Source of the DNA: the human T2T-CHM13v2.0 reference genome, Homo sapiens
Reading direction: 5' to 3' (one strand)
Assembly: GCF_009914755.1 (NCBI RefSeq)
Contig: NC_060947.1
Length of the DNA: 64,000 nucleotides
Positions 12,051 to 23,960 of this stretch are shown in pieces. Below the pieces are notes generated by a model. The model searched no databases. It was not told the DNA's origin and worked only from the letters and a program-made list of their open reading frames with translations. A program made the translations under genes and the position numbers. How positions within the stretch are numbered: position 1 is the first letter of the stretch; the number at the start of each line of letters is the position of its first letter.

Positions 12051-15000
12051 GCAAAGAATAGACACATAGATTAATAAAACAGGATAGGGCTCAGAAATAG
12101 ACCTGCACACATAAAGTCAGGTGATTTACAACAAAGGCAATAATGGTAAAAGTATAGTTTTTCCAACAAATGCTGCCTGAACATTGGACATCTATACACA
12201 CATAATAATAACCTAGACATATCCTTACATATTTCAAAAAAAATTAACTCAAAACACATCATAGACCTAATGCAAAATGCAAAATCCATACAACTTCTAT
12301 ACGAAAACATAAGAGTAAATCTACATAATTTTCAGTTTGGTGGTGAGTTTTTAAATTCAATACCAAAAGCATCATCAATGAAAGAAAAATTTGCCAAGTT
12401 GGACTTTATTAAAATAAAAATAGTATGCTCTTCAAAAGACAGTGTGAATAGAATAAAAACAGAAGCTACAGACTAGGAGAAAACATCTGTAGTATACATA
12501 AGTGATAAACAACTTGTCTCTACAATATACACAAATTCTTAAAACTCGATGATAGAAATAAATGAAAATAGTCAAAGATCTGGACAGACACTACACCAAA
12601 GAAGATATACAGATGGCAAATAAGCATAATAAAAGTGCTGAACGTCCTTTGTCATTAGAGAAGTGTGTACTAAAATGAGGTACCACTGTACACCTAATTA
12701 GAATGTCTACAATAATAATAAAAAAAGTCCATGAAGATATGGAGCAACAGAAACTCTCATTCATTGATGGTGAAAATGCAAAATGGTACAGGCACTTTGG
12801 AAGACAGTTTGGCATTTTCTTAAAAAACTGAACATAGTCTTACGATAAGATTCAGCAATCCTACTCCTAGGTATTGATCCAACTAATTTGGAAACTTACA
12901 TCTACATAAGAAATTGTATATTAATGTATACAATAGCTTATTTCATAATCACCAAAAACAGAGGCATCCAAGATGTATTTCATCTGGTGAATGGATTAAA
13001 AAACACGTAGATTAAAAAAACAGAATAGAGCCCCAACATAGACCTGCACACATACAATCAAGTGATTTATAACAAAGGCAATAAAGGTGAAAGTATAGTT
13101 GTTCCAACAATTGGTACATGAACAACTGGGTATCTAAACAAAAATAATAATAATAACCTAGACAAATCCTTAGGTATTTCACGAAATTAACTCAAAATAC
13201 ATCATAGACCTAATGCAAAATGCAAAAACTATACAACTTCTATAAGAAAACATGAGAAAATTTACATAACTTTGTTTGTTAAAGAGCTTTTAAATTAAAC
13301 ACCAAAAGCAAAAGTAGCAATGAGCACACCTAGCACCCAGAAGTAGATTTCTAGAACCATTTCCCATTAAAAGGAACCAGATATTTGGAGAAATGGCTTA
13401 TTTATGACTGGGGCAGGGCATAAACCTGACGAGCCTGGGCCATTTTGCAGCCCTAGAAATTAAGGGCTAGAGAATATGATAAAGGACATTACAGTGTTGC
13501 AAATCCAGACTATGGAAAACTGGAAAGAACATAAGATATGTTTCTTTCCAACAACGAAGCGATGGCAAGAAAACAGATCATGTGGAGGGGACCTACAGGT
13601 GAGAGAAGATTTAATTACAAAAAATCACTATGTAATACTATTTTTGGGTACTCATCCAAATAAACAAATTTTTATAAAGTATAAGTCTTCTAGATAAGTG
13701 CATAAAACAGTTGAACATTTCATAATCATTTATTTATTTTTTAGAAATGAGAATTGTATTGGGTTTTTATTTGTAGTGATTGTGACCCAGAGGTGACTAC
13801 AATCACGGGTGCTGCAGCCACCCAGGGAACACCTCGCCTGGTACCTGCAGCCATTCTCTGCGAGGGGTACAGCTGGGTACAATGTCCTTGTCTTTTAAAA
13901 ATGAATATTGAATTATTTAGAGATGAAATGGTATGCTGTCTTTGATTTGATCCACATTATTCCAGCAGCTGAGATGCAGGTAGGTGAGTGTCTAACTGGA
14001 ACCAGATTTGCCGTGTATTTAAGGTTGTTGATGCTGAGCGTCAGGTATGCTGGGTTCATTATGTTAGTCTCTCTATTATTCTATATGTGTGAGGCTTCCC
14101 TGATAAAAAAACGTTTTTTGTCATAAATATCATGCCATTAAAAATGAAATCCTAAATGATCCAACTATTTTGTAGAAATAAAATAAACAAATGACCAAAT
14201 TGATCCAAAAAGAAAACTTCAATTAAACGACACAAACTGAAACTATACAATATTCAAAGCTCAAGCCATCCTCAAACGTCCCAGGTTAGTCGGTTTCGGA
14301 GGCTGATTCCACCAAATGATCAAGGAAAACTAACCATCATCTTATCTCAACTCTTCAAAGCACGCAAAATATAGACAATTCTTCAATTCATTCTCCCAGA
14401 TTAACCCTTCTGGATTCAAAAATCAGATGAGGACCACCCCCCACTCCCGATGGAAAAAACACATAAACAAGCTCTCTTACATAGCAGCAAATATCTTATG
14501 TAAATTAGTAGAATATTAAATGAACAAACAAGCTCTACCCAAGGAAAGAAAATATGATTTAACATTAGAAAAAAAAGTTTCATTGTAATTTTTTACACAC
14601 AAAATAGAGGAGAAAAAATTTATCACATCAATGGGTACAGGAAAAGCTTTTGGAAGAAATTCAATATGAGTTCATGGTAAAAATATTTAGTTAACCTATA
14701 TTGAAAGAGAACATACATTTCCTAAAATCAACAGCAAACAAATTTAAGAAGTTCAAAGAATTATCATTAAAGGCAGGAACACGAAGTAGATGTAGGCTAT
14801 TATCTCTACGTTTTAAATCATCATTGAGACACAAAGTCAGAGCTATAAGTATCATAATAAATAAGGGGCATGAATATAGGAAAAATACATAATGTTTAGT
14901 GATAATACCCTTATCATTCTTGAAAATTCAAAGAAAAAGGCATGTGGAATATTCAAGTCAATGGGTTTTCAGAATGAGGTGTACAACAGATTACTATAGC

Positions 15001-15742
15001 AAAATCAAATTCTCTGCCACACAATAGCAATAACTATTAGAGTTAATTAATTTCCATTAATTAGAACAATTAATAGAAAATATGCCATTTGCAATAGCAA
15101 CAAAATCCAAGAATTACCAAAAAAGAAGCCTAAGAAAAATGTGTAAGGTCTTTCTAGAGGAAACTATCAAAGTATACTGACAGATTCAGGTAAAAGGAGT
15201 TTGAAATAAGTAAAGGAGCATAACCTATTCATTGATCAGGAGCAGAACGTTGTAAAAATGTCAATTCTGCTTAAATGATTTACAATTTAGTGTCTTACCT
15301 GTAGCTGCCAAAAATTACAGTCACACTTAGGCTGCTGTTCTCTGGTTCCCAAATCAACTCTGGAAAATTATAGAAGAGAAAAAGAAAGAAAGAAAAAACA
15401 ACAATATAAGCAATAAAATCTAAGCAACAAAACACAGAAAGTCCTGGGTGAGACTGAGGACTGTGTTGAACTGGTACTTATGTTTGGGGCGGTGTCAGTT
15501 GGAGGGGGGTTGGCTGCAGGGATGTTGAAGTCTATAGCCTGCCTAGACGTCAGATGACAGAATGAATAGGATGAACATTTTAAAATCTCCACCTCACTGC
15601 ACTGCACAATCTGAGGCAGCACCTCAAAACACGATTCCAGTAACCCTAGGGTAATAGCAGGACAGCAGGAAAATTGGGTTGGTTAAGGCAGTATGGTTCC
15701 GGAGATCTGCTAATTACAACCTGAAACCAACTTAGTGGATGA

Positions 15743-15996
<254 letters not shown>

Positions 15997-16619
15997 AAGA
16001 ATTATTTTAACAGAACATAAACAATGGAATAGAAGTTGAATAGGGTATCAGAGTGAATCATGCAAACTAAGGGTAGGTATTCTTTCATAGAAATAAATAT
16101 ATATGTTGCTACCTATATATATCCTTGGAAGATATGTAAAATATATTTCTTTGAGGAAAAAAGGTTTCCAAAGTCCAGCTCTGGCTGGGGAGGAGCCCCC
16201 GTGGGAAGGCGTGCATCTTCTCACAGAGGTCACTACAATAACGGGTGCTGCAGCCACCCAGGGAACACCTCGCCTGGTACCCGCAGCCATTTTCTGCAAG
16301 GGGTACAGCTGGGCAAATGCTCAGAGGTGAGAGAAAAAGAGCATCTCCAACCCATCACTTCAACAAAGAGCCAGGACCCAGGAAGAGGACCCTCCTGAGT
16401 GAAGACTGAGGGTAAACCCCCGCTCAAAGAGGGGCCACAGAATCCAGCTTAGTCCCTCCTGTCAGCCCTGGAAGACCCCAGCGGCTTTGTCGCCCAAGGA
16501 CACCTCTCCCCCCACTGTGACCTCAGGGGACTAGGAGTCAGAACCTTGGTCTGAGGGGAGCAGACACCATCCGCAGAGAACAGGGGTCCAGGCTATGCCA
16601 GGAATCAAAGGACTGAGGG

Positions 16620-19600
16620 GCACGCCTACCTCAACCCCTAACCCCAGGACCTCTTGCCTCCTCCCCCACCCCAACTCCCACCCTGGCCGAATCCGGTTCC
16701 ACCCCTGCTGTCAACCCAGGTGGCCCGGATGTGACATCCCTGACTTGCGCATTGGTCTGACCAGCAACTCGAGATCCACGGAGGGAAGCAGGCGCAGGCT
16801 CTGTGAGGAGGCAAGGTGGGGGCAGGCTGTGCCAGGCGTCAAAGTCAGGACCCTAAGAGAGAGCTGAGGGTTCCCCACCCCCATTCCTATCCCCCACCCC
16901 ATTCCCATTCCCTTCCACACTCCTAACCCAATCCACACCCTCATCCCCTACCAGCACCCCATCCTCCCCAACCCCGTGCCACCCTCATACCCCCATCCCC
17001 AATTCAACCCCCGCACCCTCATCCCCCACCCCACACCTGCACCCCCACCCCCCAACACCCATACCCCCATCCAGGCAGGATCCCCGGTTCCGCCCCCGCT
17101 TTCAACCAAGGAAAGCCCCAGCTGCCCGGATGTGATGCCACTGACTTGCGCACTGGGGGTTAGAGACAAGCGAGCTTCTGCGTCTGACTCGCAGCTTGAG
17201 ACTGGCGGAGGGAAGCCCGCCCAGGCTCTATAAGGAGACAAGGTGAGATGCTGAGGGAGGACTCAGGAGGACCCCCACCCCACATAGACGACCACAAAAA
17301 ATCCAACACCACCCCTGCTGCCAGCCCTGGGCCACTCCTGGAGACTTCTCAGTCTGTGGTGGGGGGGCCACCACCCCACTGCCACTTAAGCCTCAGGGGA
17401 TTCTGAAGTCAGAGCTTGGGGTGATCAGTGCAAGACTGGTGGGGGCAGGCTCTGCCAGGCATCAACCTCAGGACCCTAAAAGCCAGCTGAGCGTACCACA
17501 CCGCTATTCCCATCCCGCAACCCCATTCCCATCCCCTAACCCCTTCCCATTCCCATTCGCACTCACAAACCCATCTACACTCCCATCCTCCACCAGCTCC
17601 CCATCCTCCCAAACACCCCACCACCTTCATACCGCCATCTCCCACCCCCAAAAACCCGCCCCCTCCACCGACCTCACCCCTCCCACCCCCATCCACGCTG
17701 AATCGGGTTGCGCTCCCTCTTTCAACCCAAGAAAGCCCCAGGGGCCCGGATGTGATGCCACTGACTTGCGCATTGGGGGTTAGAGAGAAGCGAGCTGCTC
17801 TGTCTGACCAGCAGCTTGGGATTGGCGGAGGGAAGCGGGCCAGGCCCTGTGAGGAGTCAAGGTGAGACGCTGAGGGAGGACTCAGGAGGCCCCCACCCCA
17901 GATAGATGACCCCAAATAATCCCGCACCACTCCTGCTACCAGCCGTGGGCCACCCGTGGGCGGACTTCTGAGTCTGGGGCGCCCACCACCCCACTGCCTC
18001 TGAAGTTGCAGGGGACTCTGGAGTCAGAGCTTGGGTTGATTAGTGTAAGACTAGTGAGGGCAGGCTCTGCCAGGCATGGACCTCAGCACCCTAAGAGAGG
18101 GCTAAGCGTACCCCACCCCTATTCCCATCCCCCACCACGTCCCCTTTCCGATTACCATTTGCACTCCCAAACCATCCACGCCCCCATCCCCCACCAGCAC
18201 TCCTCTCCTCTTCAACCCCCCACCTCTCTCATACCGCCATCTCCCACCCCAACAACCCGGGCCCTTCTACCAACCTCACCCCTCCCACCCCCATCCACAC
18301 TGAATCACGTTCCGCTTCCGCTTTCAACCCACCCCCAAAAACCCGCCCCCTCCATCGACCTCACCCCTCCCACCCCCATCCACGCTGAATCTGATTTCCG
18401 CTTCCTCTTTCAACCCAAGAAAGCCCCAGGGGCCCGGATGTGATGCCACTGACTTGCGCATTGGGGGTTAGAGAGAAGCGAGCTGCTCTGTCTGACCAGC
18501 AGCTTGGGATTGGCGGAGGGAAGCGGGCCAGGCCCTGTGAGGAGTCAAGGTGAGACGCTGAGGGAGGACTCAGGAGGCCCCCACCCCAGATAGACGACCC
18601 CAAATAATCCCGCACCACTCCTGCTACCAGCCGTGGGCCACCCGTGGGCGGACTTCTGAGTCTGGGGCGCCCTCCACCCCACTGCGTCTGAAGTCGCATG
18701 GGACTCTGGAGTCCGAGCTTGGGGTGGTTAGTGTAAGACTAGTGAGGGCAGGCTCTACGAGGCATCAACCTCAGGACCCTAAGAGAGGGCCAAGTGTACC
18801 CCACCCCTATTTCTATCCCCCACCGCCTCCCCTTTCCCATTACTATTTGCACTCCCAAACCCATCCGCGCCCCTATCCCCCACCAGCACTCCTATCCTCA
18901 ACCCCGCACCTCTCTCACACCGCCATCTCCCACCCCAAAAACTGGGGCCCCTCCACCAACCTCACCCCTCCCACCCCCATGGATGCTGAATTGGGTTGCG
19001 CTTCCGCTTTCAACCCACCCCCAAAAACCCGCCCCCTCCACCGACCTCACCCCTCCCACCCCCTTCCACGCTGAATCGGGTTTCCGCTTCCGCTTTCAAC
19101 CCAAGAAAGTCCCAGGTGCCCGGATGTGATGCCACTGACTTGCGCATTGGGGGTTAGAGAGAAGCGAGCTGCTCTGACCAGCCGCTTGGGATTGGCGGAG
19201 GGAAGCGGGCCAGGCCCTGTGAGGAGTCAAGGTGAGATGCTGAGGGAGGACTCAGGAGGCCCCCACCCCAGATAGACGACCCCAAATAATCCCGCACCAC
19301 TCCTGCTACCAGCCGTGGGCCACCTGTGGGCGGACTTCTGAGTCTGGGGCGCCCACCACCCCACTGCCTCTGAAGTCGCAGAGGACTCTGGAGTCAGAGC
19401 TTAGGGTGTTTAGTGTAAGACTAGTGAGGCCAGGCTCTGCCAGGCATCAATCTCAGGACCGTAAGAGAGGGCTAAGCGTACCCCACCCCTATTCCCATCC
19501 CCCATCACGTCCCCTTTCCCATTACCATTTGCACTCCTAAACCCATCCGCGCCCCCATCCCCCACCAGCACTCCTCCTCGACCCCCCACCTCTGTCATAC

Positions 19601-22600
19601 CGCCATCTGCCACCCCAAAAACCGGGGCCCCTCCACCAACCTCACCCCTCCCACCCCCATCCACGCTGAATCGGGTTCCGCTTCCGCTTTCAACCCACTC
19701 CCAAAAACCCGCCCCCTCCACCGACCTCCCCCCCACCCCCATCCACGCTGAATCGTGTTTCCGCTTCCGCTTTCAACCCAAGAAAGCCTCAGGGGCCCGG
19801 ATGTGATGCCACTGACTTGCGCATTGGGGGTTAGAGAGAAGCGAGCTGCTGTCTGACCAGCAGCTTGGGATTGGTGGAAGGAAGCAGGCCAGGCCCTGTG
19901 AGGAGTCAAGGTGAGACGCTGAGGAGGACTCAGGAGGCCACCACCCCAGATAGAAGACCCCAAATAATCCCGCACCACTCCTACCAGCCGTGGGCCACCT
20001 GTGGGCGGACTTCTGAGCTTGGGGCGCCCACCACCCCACTGCCTCTGAAGTCGCAGGGGACTCTGGAGTCAGAGCTTGGGGTGTTTAGTGTAAGACTAGT
20101 GAGGCCAGGCTCTGCCGGGCATCAATCTCAGGACCCTAAGAGAGGGCTAAGCGTACCCCACCCCTATTCCCATCCCCCACCACGTCCCCTTTCCCATTAC
20201 CATTTGCACTCCTAAACCCATCCCCGCCCCCATCCCCCACCAGCACTCCTCCTCGACCCCCCACCTCTGTCATACCGCCATCTGCCACCCCAAAAACCGG
20301 GGCCCCTCCACCAACCTCACCCCTCCCACCCCCATCCACGCTGAATCGGGTTCCGCTTCCGCTTTCAACCCACTCCCAAAAACCCGCCCCCTCCACCGAC
20401 CTCCCCCCCACCCCCATCCACGCTGAATCGTGTTTCCGCTTCCGCTTTCAACCCAAGAAAGCCTCAGGGGCCCGGATGTGATGCCACTGACTTGCGCATT
20501 GGGGGTTAGAGAGAAGCGAGCTGCTGTCTGACCAGCAGCTTGGGATTGGTGGAAGGAAGCAGGCCAGGCCCTGTGAGGAGTCAAGGTGAGACGCTGAGGA
20601 GGACTCAGGAGGCCACCACCCCAGATAGACGACCCCAAATAATCCTGCACCACTCCTACCTGCCGTGGGCCACCTGTGGGCGGACTTCTGAGCTTGGGGC
20701 GCCCACCACCCCACTGCCTCTGAAGTCGCAGGGGACTCTGGAGTCAGAGCTTGGGGTGTTTAGTGTAAGACTAGTGAGGCCAGGCTCTGCCGGGCATCAA
20801 TCTCAGGACCCTAAGAGAGGGCTAAGCGTACCCCACCCCTATTCCCATCCCCCACCACGTCCCCTTTCCCATTACCATTTGCACTCCCAAACCATCCACG
20901 CCCCATCCCCCACCAGCACTCCTCTCCTCTTCAACCCCCCACCTCTCTCATATCGCCATCTCCCACCCCAACAACCCGGGCCCTTGTACCAACCTCACCC
21001 CTCCCACCCCCATCCACACTGAATCACGTTCCGCTTCCGCTTTCAACCCACCCCCAAAAACCCGCCCCCTCCACCGACCTCACCCTTCCCACCCCCATCC
21101 ACGCTGAATCTGATTTCTGGTTTCTCTTTCAACCCAAGAAAGCCCCAGGGGCCCGGATGTGATGCCACTGACTTGCGCATTCGGGGTTAGAGAGAAGCGA
21201 GCTGCTCTGTGACCAGCCGCTTGGGATTGGTGGAGGGAAGCGGGCCAGGCCCTGTGAGGAGTCAAGGTGAGACGCTGAGGGAGGACTCAGGAGGCCCCCA
21301 CCCCAGATAGACGACCCCAAATAATCCCGCACCACTCCTGCTACCAGCCGTGGGCCACCCGTGGGCTGACTTCTGAGTCTGGGGCGCCCTCCACCCCACT
21401 GCGTCTGAAGTCACATGGGACTCTGGAGTCCGAGCTTGGGGTGGTTAGTGTAAGACTAGTGAGGGCAGGCTCTACGAGGCATCAACCTCAGGACCCTAAG
21501 AGAGGGCTAAGCGTACCCCACCCCCATTCCCATCCCCCACCCCCTCCCCTTTCCCATTACTATTTGCACTCCCAAACCCATCCGCGCCCCCATCCCCCAC
21601 CAGGCTCCTATCCTCCTCAACCCCGCACCTCTCTCACACCACCATCTCCCACCCCAAAACCCGGGCCCCTCCACCAACCTCACCTCTCCCACCCCCATCC
21701 ACACTGAATCAGGTTCTGCTTCCGCTTTCAACCCACCCCCAAAACGCGCCCCCTCCACCGACCTCACTCCTCCCACCCCCATCCACGCTGAATCGGGTTC
21801 TGCTTCCGCTTTCAACCCAAGAAAGCCGCAGGTGCCGGAATGTGATGCCACTGACTTGCGCATTGGGGGTTAGAGAAAAGCGAGCTGCTCTGTCTGACCA
21901 GCAGCTTGGGACTGGTGGAGGGAAGCGGGCCAGGCCCTGTGAGGAGTCAAGGTGAGACGCTGAGGGAGGACTCAGGAGGCCCCCACCGCAGATAGACAAT
22001 CCCAAATAATCCCGAACCACTCATGCTCCCAGCCCTGGGCCACTCGTGGGGGGACTTCTGAGTCTGGGGCGCCCACCACCCCACTGCCTCTGAAGTCGCA
22101 CGGGACTCTGCAGTCAGAGCTTGGGGTGATCAGTGCAAGACTGGTGAGGGCAGGCTCTGCCAGGCATCAACCTCAGGACTGTAAGAGAGGGCCGAGGGTC
22201 CCCCACCCCCATTCCCATCCCCCTTCCCATTCCCATCCACACTCCCAACCCCATCTACACCCTATCCCCCACCAGCACCCCTATCCTCCCCAAACCCCCA
22301 CTACCCTTATGTCCTCATCCCCCACCCCAACACCACTATCCCCATCCAGGTTGAATCGCATTCCGTTTCTGCTTTCAACCCAGGGAAGCTCCAGGTTCCT
22401 GGATGTGATGCCAGTGACTTGTGCATTGGGGGTTAGAGAGACGCTAGCTTCTCAGTCTGACAGGCAGCTTGGGATTGGCAGAGGGAAGCCGGTCCAGGCT
22501 CTGTGAGGTGGCATAGTGAGAAGCTGAGGGAGAAGTCGGGAGGCCCTCTCCACCCCAGATAGACGACCCCAAATAATCCGGCACCCCTCCTGCTTCCAGT

Positions 22601-23960
22601 CCTGGGCCACCCGTGGGCGGACTTCTGAGTCTGGGACGCCCACCACCCCACTGCCGCTGAAGCCGCAGGGGACTATGGAGTCAGAGCTTGGTGTGATCAG
22701 TGCAGGACTGGTGGGGGTAGGCTCTGCCAGGCATCAACGTCAGGACCCTAGGAGAGGGCTGAGTGTCCCCCACCCCCATTCCTATCCCCTACCCCTTTCC
22801 CATCTGCACTCCCTACCCCATCTGTACCCCCATTCCCCACCTGTGCCCCTATCCTCCCCAACCCCCCAACCAGCCTCATACCCCCCTCCCCCACCCCTAC
22901 CTTCATCCCCATCAGTGCAGCATCCGGTTCCACCCCTGCTTTCAATCCAGGCAAGCCCTGGGTGGCCGGATGTGATGCCACTGACTTGTGAATTGAGGGT
23001 TAGAGAGAAGTGAGTTTCTGGGTCTGAAGGGTGGCTTGAGATCGGCAGAGGGAAGGTGGCCCAGGCTTTGTGAAGAGGCAAAGTGAGACTCTGAGGGAGG
23101 ATTCAGGAAACCCCTATCCCTGATAGAGGGTCCCAGCCCTGGACTACCCCGCGGAGGCTGACTTCTCAGACTGGGCTGCTCCCCACCTCCGCCCCCTTCG
23201 CAACGCGTTTGTTTAAGCCACAGGGGACTCTGGAGTCAGAGGTTGGTGTGATCAGGGAAGGGCTGGTTAGGAGAGGGCATGGCCCAGGCCCTGCCAGGAA
23301 TCAAAGTCAGAAACCTGAGAGGGAACTGAGGTCCCCCAAGATCCTAGTCTAACCCCCACTCCCACAAATCCGCTGCCATTTCGCTGCTCCATTTCCCATT
23401 CCTTGCCCTCCACCCTCACCAGGCAGAATCCAGTTCCCCTTCTGCTATCAATCCAGGGAAACCCCAGGCTTGGTGCTGGGATGTTTTTTGGGGGTCAGAG
23501 AATCAAGGGCATAGTCCTGAGGGGCCAGTTGAGATCGGCTGAGGGGAGCGGGCCCAAGCTCTGTGGCGAGGCAAGGTGAGACTCTGAGGAAGGACTGAGG
23601 AGGCCCCCACCCAAGATAGAGGAACCCAAATAATCCAGCGCAGCTCCTGCTGCCAGTCCTGGACCACCCGGGGGAAGACTTCTCAGGCTAGGCCATCCCA
23701 GCTCCCACTGCCACTAAAGCTACAGGGGACTCTAGAGTCAAGAGCTTGGTGTGCCCAAGGCAGGGCCCAGGCTCTGCCTGGCATCGGGGTCAGGACCTTG
23801 AGAGGGAACTGAGGGCGCTACACCCCCACCCCATCCGCATTCCAACATGCCCAGCCCCATCCCCAACTCCGTTTTGCAGAATCCATTTTTTCCCCTGCAG
23901 TCAACCCCGGGAAGACCTGGGAATGGTCAGGCACTCGGATCTTGACATCCACATCGAGGG
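16620..23960 (+). repeat. Tandem array of MAGEA4 promoter + alternative first-exon units (core period 675-688 bp; shorter, diverged units at both edges)
   Basis: A block recurs: CCCGGATGTGATGCCACTGACTTGCGCATTGGGGGTTAGAGAGAAGCGAG...AAG|GTGAGA. Donors follow 16815, 17242, 17861, 18549, 19231, 19910, 20585, 21266, 21951, ~22516 (degenerate), 23082 and 23575. Confidence 0.95.
17690..21870 (+). promoter_or_regulatory. Repeated CpG-containing ETS-type motifs of the MAGE-A promoter units (TTCCGCTTCCGC, CCGGATGT)
   Basis: Each core unit has CCGGAT/CCGGAA just upstream of the exon, and most have tandem TTCCGC (GCGGAA on the - strand). MAGE-A promoters are known to depend on methylation-sensitive ETS sites. 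Confidence 0.7.

Larger units (their letters stand above)
10370..15310 (+). mobile_element. Composite of old L1M fragments with nested LTR insertions
   Basis: A-rich L1 ORF2 and 3'-end text, e.g. ttggactttattaaaataaaa and cactttggaagacagtttggca. Confidence 0.75.

Noticed and set aside
16595-23081. Many Pro-rich and Gly-rich ORFs on both strands
   Set aside because: They are by-products of the C-rich tandem repeat; the reading frames are not preserved between units.
16620-23960. CRISPR-like repeat/spacer array
   Set aside because: The DNA is eukaryotic, whole ~680-bp units are homologous, and there are no unique spacers or cas genes.
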